A DNA stretch of 64,000 nt, taken from the NCBI GenBank assembly GCA_030141605.1, contig JAQGDQ010000069.1:129126-193125 (forward strand), written 5' to 3'. The notes beneath the pieces were generated by a model. The model was not told the origin of the DNA. It did no database searches and worked only from the letters and a program-made list of their open reading frames with translations. Source of the stretch: Tubiluchus corallicola (Eukaryota; Animalia; Priapulida). Made by a program: the position numbers and the translations under genes. Shown piece by piece: positions 1 to 28,800 of the stretch. Each line of letters begins with the position of its first letter. The first letter of the stretch is position 1.

Positions 1-1006
1 ATAACCATTGGCTAATATAACCTTTTTTTAAGTTTCGACAACAAATAAAATTTTTATTACTAGTATTAGCAGTACTTGCGAGAACATCAGTTACAACTGT
101 AAAAGAAAAGAGCAAAGCTGGATTTAAGAAAATATTTTATCAGACATAGGATAATTGATTTGTGGAATGGTTTACCTCAAAGGGACATGGAAGCAGTTAA
201 AGTTAATAACTTTAATCAGTTTAAAGGGGGCAACTAAATGTATGTTAATGCTATTGAGGAACAAAATACAGATGGGATTCACGAGAAACAAGTCTGCAGA
301 CACTGAGTTGTTTTTGGCCCATGTTTATGCGTATAATGTATCAAGTATAATGCATGAGTAATAAGTTTTGTACTTAAAGTGCAAATGCCACAAAAAAGTA
401 ATTTAGAAATTGAGTGTATGGCATAACCCACTTTTGGGCAAACAGGAATATAAAGTGACGAAGGATGATCTTCGTCAATGTAAACGCTTAAGTTCAGCTC
501 AGGTAAGCAGAATTTCAAAATACTATTATAACACAGTTTAATAACAAAATATTTTTAAAGAATCATTTACCTTGACACAGTTGGGGTGCCACTTAATTTC
601 TAAATTATGGTATGTTTCAATAAAAGCTACATTACTAGTGACTCTATTACAATTTCGTAAATGAAACATTTCTGCAGCTTTGTCAAACTGTCAAAACACT
701 AAAGCGAGACAGCAATAATTATTCAGGAAAATGAGCAAAATAAGCACAGAAACACAACACTTCTAATTCATAAAATGGGTACAGCACATCTGCCCAGTTG
801 TTCCACAGCCAAGGTACAGCACGTTAGACAGGATCAACCACCCGAATATTTATAGTCTAGTATGCTTTTAAATATAAAAACAATTGACAAAAAACTTGTT
901 ATTAGTTTCTGTTGTATTATGATTGCTTAATTATGTGGGATACTTCTGCACAAATATTATCTGTTATTATCATTACCGGTTGTAAACGCGAAAAATAATT
1001 TGACAA

Positions 1007-1014
1007 TGACGTCA
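1007..1014. promoter_or_regulatory. Perfect CRE/ATF palindrome TGACGTCA in the MKLN1 proximal promoter or 5' leader
   Basis: TGACGTCA lies about 25 nt upstream of the MKLN1 ATG in a locally CpG-rich patch. Function is inferred from position only. Confidence 0.4.
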
Positions 1015-1038
1015 CGGAGGTGCGAAGCTAGCATCGCT

Positions 1039-16630
<15,592 letters not shown>

Positions 16631-17096
16631 GTGTTATCTCGTCATCATACTGTTGCCATAGCAACTAGCATATGCTTGTCTTTTGCGGATAGTTGTTTTT
16701 TAAGCTTTTGTTGCGGCAGTAGTTTGTCCACCATGGAAATCGTAGTTAATAGTTCATATTTTACTGAAACACCTATACAGTGACTAAACGTTTAGTTTTG
16801 GTTAAATCCACATTTGTTAGTAACAATGTAGCACTCATATAGTATAATAATTAGTGAATGCTACGATTAGGTGATACTGTTATCATAACATTTGTTCTGT
16901 CAACTTGAAATCTGAAGAAAAAATCAAATGTGAAAGCATTTGGTACAAATATAAATACCAAACATGAATTTAGTAGAAAACCTAAATTTGTTTACATATA
17001 GTAACTGTTAACTTTTTCAGTTATAGTGTATTTTATAAATGCTAACTTCTATCCCCCTTTAAGTTAGCAACAGTATTCAGTGCTTTAGCAATTAGT

Positions 17097-17231
17097 TAGC
17101 CTAAGTGAGAACTTTTACATGTAAAAGTTACATTGTTTGGTGGGTTATGAAATAAATTTTTTAGTAGCCTAAGTGAGAACTTTTACATATAAAAGTTACA
17201 TTGTTGGGTGGGTTATGAAATAAATTTTTTA
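17097..17231. repeat. Two-copy tandem duplication of about 68 bp in the MKLN1 3' region
   Basis: TAGCCTAAGTGAGAACTTTTACAT(G/A)TAAAAGTTACATTGTT(T/G)GGTGGGTTATGAAATAAATTTTTTA occurs twice, and each copy contains AATAAA. Confidence 0.9.
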
Positions 17232-19819
17232 ATGTCTGTAATTCCCAATATTATGAAGACTATATCTAATTGGCAACTGTTTTTTTTTAAATGACCATAC
17301 GTTTCATTTTAATTATTAGTTCTAGACTCATGCGAGAGCAGCTGTACTAATCATGTCATCCATCGCAGTAGATTGTATTTATACTAGGCTGTCATTAGTC
17401 TGACAATAGTGGCCTCTATTGTTGATGTACTATACTGTCTAACGGGTAACGTAGCTACTAGTGTAAAAAAACTTGTGATGCAGTTTGTACAGTTATGTAT
17501 AAATGTAAATTGTATTCTTTTTAAACTGTTTGACTATCATTGTTTGCAATTTGATTTTATACATTTAGTTACTAAAAAACTTGTTGTTGAATTTGCAGTT
17601 TTTCAGCTTTTATCTGTGAAAGAAGTTTGCTTACCAAATCAGATCTGTAAACAAATAACAAAGTTTTCCACTTTGATGGGCACATACACAAGAGAACTAG
17701 AACTTCTGATTCATATAATTTATTAATATTTCCTAAATACCAGCAATATAAATTATATTAAATAAAACAATAATAAATTGAGGTGACTTAATACCCTTCA
17801 TCAAGATTTCACACCTGTATTTAGCAGCATAATTTTAAAAATGGGGATTTGGCGAAGCCATACATGAAAGGGTCCTTGCATATTTATAATGAAAATAATG
17901 ATAACGGATACCTACCCTGCAATTTGCTGCATGTATTGTAATTAATTAGCGCTATAACTAGTAGAATGAGCAAACAGCTCTGTCTTTCTAGAATAGTCGA
18001 TAATTAATGACTCGTGACAAGCATTAAAAACTTGCTAAGATTTCTTGGTTTTTGAACAGGTGATGGGTGATACGAAAAAACAGGGGTAAGGCAAAATGGT
18101 AGCAAACTAGCCAAGTTTGAAAAGCTTTAAAACATTACTAAGAAAATGACACTTCTAGCAATAAACTACAAGATGTTGTAAGCAGCTGAATTGAAATAAC
18201 AAGAAAATACCAGTATTCCTATCAATCATAAAGGTAAACTAACAACATTTTGATAAAATTCATAAACTAGGAACAACTGAACATGTCTGCAGTCATGAAA
18301 ATGATGACCGCATTTGTGCTTTACAGAAGAATTTGCACTTACGGAAAAAAGTAAAACACAGTGTTTCACTAGTCACAAATAAATTGATTAAATGAAAAAC
18401 CACCTATGCATTAACACATATAATAAATAATCACCATATATCGTTATTAACACATAAAAACAGCCACGAAAATTCACCTGACCTACATAATATTATGTAA
18501 AAACTAAAATTAACATGTTCAACCCTAGAAAATGGCTCAAGTCACCGAGTTATTAAACAAATAGGTTGTTGCCTAATATGACAGTTGACATTAAAATGCA
18601 TTGCAGTAACCAGAGCTATATATATGGTGCTGTAAATCTTTTCAAACACTACTTAGTACTTAGCAGCAGATAGAAAATACGTATGTACATGAATTTTTTT
18701 GCCAGTGTTTGATTTTCTTGAGTAATTTGCTCTAAATATTTTCATCAGAAATGTTTAAACACAGAGCCAGACAAACACTGTTACTCTGGTTGCAAAACAT
18801 TCTCACTTCATTTCTAGTTTCACTTTTACACTTTTGATTATAAATTTTGACACAGACATCATTAATCAGTTAACTCCTGATTAACTGAAATTTCCTGATA
18901 CTCTTTAAAGTTTACCTGTTTCTGCACATTCACTGCAATTAAAGTACTGCACTAACGTGTAACTGTGTAAGACCTCACCACAAACATACTAATATAAACA
19001 ATAACATAGATGCAGCAAAAACTCTATTTATAAAACTAAACAATACAGTCAGATCTTTTTAGAATGAAACAATAAATTTTTCAACATGATTGTTTTCATA
19101 CCAACTGCAAGTTTTATCTAACTTCATAATTGTGCTACAGTCTAAAAAGTTAAACGGTCCATTCTAAGCCTAATGAACCAATTAATATTCAACTAATCAA
19201 CTAATGCCAAAAATACCAGTTTGCAATTCGTACTTTGAGCTAAATTCTCCAGTTTACAAAACATAATGTAGCCGCATAATACGGTATTACAGATTCCCAA
19301 GCAAACGCCAACTTCTGCACCTGCTATCAATAATACAAAAATAAAACAAAAGTAAGAAAATGAACCATAAAACTTCACTGAGTACCAACACATGGCTGTC
19401 CATAAGTTCATCCACGTGTGCATTATCACTCACATAATTAAACTGCTTTTAATAGTAGCAAATATAAATGCATGAACTGCAAAACTTTAAATTAAAAAAG
19501 GAATAAAATTTTTGAAAACTTTGCATCAAAATCTCATCAGAAGACTAAGTTATAAAGACTCTTTTATTCACAACTCTAGTATGATGTCTCTTCATTGGTA
19601 TTACGTAGAAGAACAGCTACTGCTATAAAATAGCTGGTTCAATGCTATTATGTCAGCTTTAAATGTAATTTTAAAACAAGAAGTTCTGTTTGTTTCTAAG
19701 AAGTTCAACAATAAAGGCTATCCATTAGTTCATTTATTCTAGAAACACTTGTGACACACAGCGCAACGAATTAGCAAATTACCATCAAAATTTAGCAGCG
19801 CCCGGCCATCTGGTTGTGA

Positions 19820-22800
19820 TTACTGAACTTCTTCAGGTGTGGATGTTGACTCCACTGCTTTTATACCCTCGTATTTTAGACGTGTCAGCATCGGTCGGTA
19901 TATTTCAGGAAAAAGTGGTGTAAAAATTCCTTTGTATTGAATCTCATCTGAAAAACGATATAAAATGTAAAATGTAGGACCTGAAAATTGATACATAACT
20001 GGCTCCACCCAATATAAATAGGTGTGTGGGTGTATGTGCGTGCGTGTGTGAAATAGAATGTGTTTATTAATAAAGTTATCTATTCTTATAAACTGCCAAA
20101 TGAATAAGTGGAAGGGAAAACACATGTCATGATAACAGACACAGCTGGCAGAAAGGATTTTCATAAGTTTGGTCTTCAAAAAGCATTACAGGATCGAAAT
20201 TTATGCTTTCTTTTTAAAAGATCTGTGGACTTTAATAGGAAATGCAGCACTGAGCAAAATTGTAGCAGATAACATTATACTTGTTTAAGCCAAAATACGC
20301 ACCTTCCATAACCATTTTAGCTGCAATGGCACATGGGTAACCAACAGTTTTTGCCATCGCGGAGTAACCATTAGGCTCACCATACACAACAAGGTCAATG
20401 TGCCGCCTTTCCAACTCCCTGTCAGGTCTCTCGTATTCCACATCATGCCTGAGTATAACTATGTCTCTTTCTCCTGGGGCTATAAGACAACAATAATATA
20501 TGGATTAGCAGAATGAACCAGAAATAAAGCCCATAGTATAGTCACTATAAGCATATGGGAAAGCATGCTCATGATAAGGTTTCCTATACTGTTCTACTGA
20601 ACCATCAAAAGCTATGTGGAAAATATTATCACGTATCTTGTCTATCTCAGTCTTTTTAATAGTTATCCATTTCTCTTTCTTTACTTGGTTATACAAGAAA
20701 GGGTTTATCTTAGCCATTGTTTTTAGCCATTTTATTAGCAATAAGTTTTTGTAATTCCTTCTTCTGAAGATGACAGCTTCTGATTTTGATGCGCCATGAC
20801 TATCCAGAATCGTGAGTTGTAAAGAAAGAGAGATACAACTAACGTTGCAAAAATTCTCAATATCGTTTGTAAACTTTAAAAAAACCTCTGAAGAGAGAAA
20901 AAAGTGATTCAAGAGATGACGACAACGTTCTCAATGAAAGTAAGATCCAAAGGGCATCAATGACACCAAATGATATGTTTAACTGCGCTAAACTATTAAC
21001 TGTAGTTACTAATCTCACCGGCACCTTTTTAGGCAAATAACCTGTTTTTAATAGGCAACAAGGTGATAACATTTAGTACTATCCAATATAACTTACCATA
21101 AGCTAATTGCTGAGCTAGATAATGAGAAAGTGTAGCTAGTGGGGTATCACGCTTACTCACGACCACATCTGATAATAAACCAAGCCTGGAAATAAACAAG
21201 ATTAATCACAACTTTTCGCATAGATAAAGGATAAGGTCCTTTGATAGTCAACGACTGTGAAAGATGACGTATGCAAGGCTTCTTATGTTTGTTGTTAAAT
21301 GTATTTATGAAGCCCTTTTCTCGCAAATTCTAAAAACTGTTTGTTAATTCTGTCATATTTATATATATGAATACATTTTATACCTACCGATTTATTGCAT
21401 TGAATTGAAACAGGCTACTATCAAGTTTTTCATAAATATTGTCCTTGAGTTTTTCTAACAGGATATCACTGGATTTGTTCAGTAATGTGCACATAAGTTT
21501 TTTCTGAAATAAAATTTCATACATTATTGAGATATTCTCTTCAAAAATCACTGGTTTTGGTTGAAGTTTTGCAAACAATTATTAACAGCGGTTAAAGTCG
21601 GCGCCATCGGTACCATCAGTGATTAAAATTATTGTCTGGTTTTTATAGATTAGGTTAAACTAAGAATCCACCGAAAATGAAGCAACACTCATTTTGAATT
21701 GGCATGGTATTCTGAGCAATTCTGACCATTTTTACAGTTGTAACACTTTTCAGTGTGAGGTGGGACGTAATATAGGATTTTCAACGGAGAATTCGCAAAG
21801 GATACCTTGCAATTAGATAGGTAAATTCAACAATTTCGAATGTCAAGCAAAAAACAGCCCTTGCGCACGTATCATCTGAAAGTTTGTAATTAGATAAACT
21901 AAAGTTCTTTGGAAGATCTGAAACATCGATACGTGAAGCACGTGAAATATCAAGTCAGTGGGGACTTCTACGTCATTTTACAGTTTTCTGATCAGCAAGG
22001 AAGACTTTAGAAAAACTCGTACGCTCAATAAAGGTGTATGCACAAGCTGTGGGTCCTCATTTTAGCTGTTGCTTTTCACTCGTGATAACAATTCCAATTG
22101 AACATAACAGAGAGACATTCAACTTTATTGTTCAAAATGCGCATTTGCTTGCTTATTTCACATTTTCTAGCTTCACATTTAAAAATACATTTGCGCAAGA
22201 AGCCAATAGATGACAGCACATACCCACGTGATTTCCGGACCATCTGGATGCAAACTTGGATGTGGATTCTCATCTATCAGTCCAAGGGTGATTAACCCCT
22301 GCAAAGCCTCACAATAACCTTTGTAACGCAGTGTACCTCGTAGAATAGTGTGTGCTGATTCTATACCATACGCTTTGGCATATACAGTAGAATCCCTGAA
22401 ATTCATACACACATTTTTCAATTATTTTTTTCAGCATCTGTTTGTCAAATTGCAAGTAAGTTTTTTTAACATGGTCCTGGTTAACACTTTACCTACTACC
22501 TACCTGTTAGGAATTCCTTCCAGGTTGAAGCCAGGTAAAAAATCCATGTCTTCCACATAGTGTAGAACCTTCCCATTTGGTCCGATGTCCATTACCTCTC
22601 CATTTCTAAGATAGCGTGCACCACTCAGTGCATTTCGCAGTACCCCCCAAGGACTCCAGCTGTAAAATAAAAAGCTTCATTAAGCAAATCATTAAGCATA
22701 TTAGACAAAAACATTAAAGTATCAATAAACGAAAAACAGCAATCCAAAACAAAACAAAAAGTAAGTGCTTTCTTCATGGGTGTATTAAGACGCCCCAGGC

Positions 22801-25800
22801 TGATAATGATCAATTCCACCCATACCAATAGCGGTTGTTTAATAATTTAAAATTAAAAATGTTTATATATATATATGAGATGTAATTTGCAGCTTGTGCT
22901 GTATTAGTAGCACTATTACCTAATAACCACATGGTTACTGTTAAATACACACAGATGTCATGCATTTGCATAATCATTATACTAATGCAGACTGTGAAAT
23001 GGTTGTGGTGTATTGGCTTTTATCTGTTAATTATCCGAACTACAGGCTATAGTATATAATTGTGCAAATTATACTTGAGCATTATATAGAACCAGACTCA
23101 ATAATAAATTGTGGTGTGTTATAACTAAGGGCATTCTACGTGTAATTCAGCAATTGATTGCATTTGCAACTACGTCTCCAAAATTTTTGGCAGTCTCCAA
23201 GGAAAATAAAAAACAAAAACTACACATACTTTCAATCAAGTATTTAAGAGAATTAGAGGAACATGCTACATTGCTAATATTAATCATTTCCCAGTTATAT
23301 TGTAATTTATCAGACTGCTATAGTATTTGTTCTTATAACATGCCTAAAGTCACAAAAAGAACTTAATTAACAGATTAACTACAAGATGCAAATTTCATCA
23401 CAAATATTAGCAGGAGAATTAAAGGATGCAGCATCCAACTCTCATCTATTATAAATGTTTAGATTCCTAATAACAAAAAGTATTAGTTGAAAGCAAAAAC
23501 AAACTGTCAATGTAAGCATTTGTAGTTTATACCTGTGACAACTTAGTTGTTTATTGCTGAAGGAATAGGTCAGTCGAGTCAACAGGCATCGGTGTACAAT
23601 TGGTGATTTATAAAAAAACAGAAACCCATTAAATGCACTTGAAGTGAATAGTATAATGAAGTAAGTAAAAAAGTAGGAAAAGTCGTTAAGTATCAGACTC
23701 GTACCTATTAAAATGTAAGATTAACAGCTCGCCATAAATTAAGTGTAAATCAGGCCAATTGATCTAATAGTTGTACTAATGTTGACTTCTGTATTAAGCA
23801 ACGTGCTATGCCATTTTCGACAACCTTAACGACAGCTAGGACTGAAGCTGGCTTAGTTAGTTTAGCAACGAACTATAAGCTCAAATGAATATAAGCTCAA
23901 ACACAATCATGCAGATTAGTGCTTTAAACAAAATATGGAAAAATTTGTCATTGTCCAGGGAGAACTACAAGAGATAAAAATACTTCAACACTTGATCCCT
24001 AAAAATCTGCAGCCACTCAAATTTTGGCAGCCTAGGCTATAGCCTAATTAGCCTAATGGTTAATTCTTCATAAAAGTATAATTAATTCAAAAATTTGTCA
24101 ATTTAAAATCGTAGAAAATCTTTCCAAGTTTACTAATAACAGCTTTGCAAATTTGTCTGCTTTAAAGATTTCTTACAGCAAATAAACATTCTACCGACTA
24201 CAATACAATTGCAGCGTAAACAAATATCTTTTCTATTCTTTCCAAAGAATAATCGTTTCTTAAGTGAATGCAGAAGCGACATTGTGAGGCTCAGCAATTT
24301 TATTCATGTATTTGTGTTGTTTAAATCAAATTAGCATATGAGACTTGCACAAGTTGTTTAACATATCATTCTTTAGAAAATAATTAAGTGTTTGCATAGA
24401 TTAATATGAATTCAATTTACCTGAATTTGTAACGCAGTGGGTTATCCGAAAACTCTGGAGCTGGAAGTCCTCCGCAGTACGAGACAAATGACTTCACTCT
24501 TCCACCGTTGTTCTCTATATCTTGGAAGCATTGCATTGCCAGTAGATGATCTATGCCAGGATCCAAGCCAACTTCATTTACGATGGTAATACCGGCATCC
24601 TTTGCTCTACGAAAGTTAAAAAAAGTCAGAAACTAGGCAAGCAATGGTTTCATGCTTTTCCAAAATTTATTTCTAGAAATACACTCGTAAAGAATAGTGT
24701 CAACACACAACAAAGTTAGAAAATTCAACACAAGCTCATGCTACACATAGGAATTACTGACAATCATAAAGACTGACAACAGCTTAACTGCACAAAACAA
24801 CAAGTTTATCCTTACGCATCGTTCAAAGCTCGGAGCTCATCAGAAACGTAACTAGTGGTAACCATATGGCTTTTGTGTTTGATGCATGACTTAGCAATCC
24901 GTGGATGCAGCGAGTATGGCAGCAAACTGAAATAAAATTATTATTCTTAATCCTTAAGAACACAAAGCTGCTCTCAGTTTACCTGCGCTCAGATATTCAA
25001 CTACACATCAACCTGAACTAAAGCCAAACTACAATTTCGTGAACATAACTTGTACACACAAGTTAGCAAAAAGCAAATGAAATGAAACTTGTTTTACCTT
25101 TTAATAAAAAGAAAGCCTTCGCTAATTTAGGTTTTTCAAGCATTGCTCCAATGTGTTGAAATAAGCCACCAATTGACATTAGAGCTTGCACTAAATTAGA
25201 TTCTTTTAAAGGAAACTAAAACCTCATCTTTCAAGTCTTTCAAGCAGATTTTAATGCATAAGTGGTGAATATTTTGTACATTTTTATGATTTATAGATAA
25301 GTCTAATTGTATTGTAATTTTTTATATTTTATCTAAATATTTTTAGTTATACAGCTTTTCTAAAGAAATTTTTATTGAAAGACCGCTTTATAAATAAATA
25401 CATTAACATTACTATTACAATAAAGTCCCGCTAAAGAATTTAAAATAAAATGCGAACTTTATAAACATGTGGTCCTAATAATGCTAGTTTTCTACCGCCT
25501 ACCTAATGACTAACTCGTGATCCCTGATGAGGTCGTCTAGTACTTCCCTGTCTTGTATCACATCGACAACTTGTGGTTCCACATTGCCAAACCGCTGAGA
25601 TAATTTGTGCACTTCATTTTTCAAGTCAGAAGCTGAAAAAAGAAAAGACATTAAAAAAATTATCGCTAACCGAACCAGGGTTGATAAATGATAAGAATAG
25701 TTAGCAAATCTTAACAAGATAGTTAACATCCACCACTTTAAACTGAACAGAAGTAAAAAACAGTCTTTATATTACTGACAATCTTGCACATTACCTAAGG

Positions 25801-28800
25801 AGCAGATTTCATTAGACAGGTTTCTAGTATGTCACATATACTGTAGATTCATATCAATCTAATAACACCATTAAGACATTTCTGTGTATGCATCAATGAA
25901 TACAAGCTATAACTCTGGAAATGTTTTATCATTCACGTAGTATCAGATGTAAACTACTCACCAACTGTTATCTCAAAATCAGGGTTACGAGAAAGGTACT
26001 CCACAACTGGCTCAGACACATAGCCAGCGCCAAGAATCAAAATCCTGTGGCCAAATGAATCTGAAGAGCTTGAAGGCCTGGTCCTGAAAAACAACAGAAA
26101 TCACTTACAAAGAAATCAGCAACAGAATTGCCATATTTGAATGGCTGTATCTCTTAGCTTTACATCCACAACTGAAGTAAGTATTATCAGCAACACAAAT
26201 TCTATACGAAAACAATAAAAAAGATTTCCTATTTTCATCGTAACTGCATAAAATAAAACTTTGAACCTCATAACAGATGCATTTTTCACTTCTACCTTGT
26301 AAACTACAAAACTAAAAACTCTTCAGCAAATGCAATTTTCGCTCAAAAATGAACATCAGTTTTACGTACTTTACTGACACTGGCTGAGCCATATCGTCAA
26401 AAGATATTTACACTGGTGCAGCCTATCATACTAACATAGCTTATTATATGCAAGTAAATTTACTTGCTATCAATTTTTGTACTTAAACTTTGAACTCTAT
26501 GATGTAAATATAAGGGTGCTATCAGCTACAAAACTCCTGATCTGCACAACTGTAAATGTAGAATACATAAATCTTATTGTTACATTGCCTACGAAGTAGA
26601 CTTAGTTTTGTCATCTCATAATTCTGGAATTATGCCAAGTTTAAGTGCTGACCATTCTACTAATTTACTTTGATACACTGAGTAAATGAATAACATTTTG
26701 CAAAAACATTTTTCAAAACGTTGTTTGCAATTGTAACAATTCGTAAAACAAATCCAGCAGTTGAAAAATAATAAATTGCAAGTTGTACACTGTTATATTC
26801 AAATTTTATCATAACGCATAATAAACATACCTAATTAACCGTTAGACAGATAACCTGGTCATTGCAAGCCAGAATTCTGAAAAGAATTTTGGTGCGAGTT
26901 CCGTGTTAGGAAAAGAAGACCAGCTGTTCTGATTAAACCAACACTATAAAACGCATCTTGTTATCTCAAAACACATCATTTTCACATCTCGTGTTAGAAA
27001 AGTATTATTTTCAAATGCAGAAATTAACTATAAGAAGCAAATCAACAGTTCATAATGCAATCTAACAAGTTTTTAACATTGTTCAAAAAATAAATTCAAA
27101 AGCCACATAAAGGGAAAATGTAGCTTGTCCTACCTGTTTATTTCTCGCAGTCGTGCTATGTACTCGAAGTTCGGGGCGAGTTTGCCATTTGATGTTATTA
27201 CAGCCTATAAGTACAAATACAACAACTGAGAATTAGTGCCAAAAATCAAGATTTGCCTTCAGTTATTAGTTGATAAAGCTTCAACAGCCAAAATTTTTAT
27301 TTTCATTTGAGAAATGCTTTCGTGTTTTAAGCTCGCTTTGAAATTTCATGTTGGCAACGATGTATTTTTTATTAGAGATCACCACAAAATTTCTATAGCA
27401 ACTACATGTAATTATGATAGTGTATCTTCAACAGTTCAAAGGTTCATTAAGATTCTGCAACTCGTTGTAGAATCTTCTAGTCTTACAAGCCGTTTTATTG
27501 TTTTATTGTTTTTCCATTACGACTTTCAATAACTGAAAAAGTACAATGCAACAATAATGAAACTTGCAAGGCAGTTACTTAGAAGTAGGGGCTCAAGCAA
27601 TAGCACAATATGCGGTAATTTTGCGTAAAAACGTAAAAAGTCAGTGGACATCGGTCGGTTTTGTAATTGTTACTCAAATTCTACGACTTTGAGCTATGTT
27701 CAATATCAAGATTTTATCACAAGTATAGAGGTGAGCTGGATTAGATGCGTATTAAATATTTTTTAAAAAGGAGGCATAGCCCAGTCAAGTAATTGGGGTC
27801 AAAATGTGAAAAATATTGCCATAACCATTCCAACTACTGTTGCACACTTGCAGTATTGTGTTATGATCTAGTATGTTTTTGCATGTGTGGGTGACTGGGT
27901 GGGGCAGGTGCGCATCAAGTTTTCTTCAAAAACTGGCTAGGGCCAGGTCACGAGACATGAGTGAAAATGTATAAAAAAGTTCAGGTCAATAGCTGGAAAG
28001 AACAGCAATTAGCACTAAAAGTGTTCTGCTGGTAGTTGGAATAGCACTTTAAACACCAAAGCAAAACAAAACAAACAACTGGACGAACTGGTTACAGTCA
28101 GTGGGCATTTGTTAGCTTCTGTAATAACCTCTAATAACTTAACAGTTTCAGTAATAGAGATGCTGTAATCTGCAAGATAAACATCTATTGTAAGTGCTCG
28201 ACCAATGGTCCAAAATATTGTTGATCTTGAGTCAAAGGGTTAAGATCAGTGGACGTTTGCCAATTTCCGCTATATCTCTTATGACTCTCAAAATTCAGTG
28301 CAGAGAGTGATTCATCATATAACTTACAGAATAGACCTTTACTGAAGTTCTTACAAAATAATAATTTTGATGACCCTGGCTCACTGGCTCATGGTCAGTT
28401 TTTACTACTACTTTAAATGACAGAAAAGTACAATGCTCAGAGTCATGCTAGTTACAGGACAGGCACATATAGTAAGAGCTTACATAAGGTAAAAAAATGT
28501 TTCAATTCTTCTTTCCACATTGTAATATTGCAGCAATTGTGCACACACTGCTGTTCCAGTTGCAATGAAATACATGGGCAAAATGTTTCAATTCTCCTTT
28601 TGACAGTGTAATATTGTAGCAATTGCAGTTGCATTGCAATTCATGATACTATTCGTGTTGCAGTTCAAATCATGTTCAGTTTTCAAAGTCTTTGTCATAA
28701 ACCATATTCTGGTACCACTACTACTATTAATGCTGTCAAAATACCCGAAGAGTCAGAACTTAGTGAAATTGAACAATAGTGGCTCAGTTTTACTAACATT

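Noticed and set aside
155-570. Possible divergent gene upstream of MKLN1 (short ORFs, donor-like sites)
   Set aside because: No recognisable homology, stops in all candidate frames, and truncated by the window edge.
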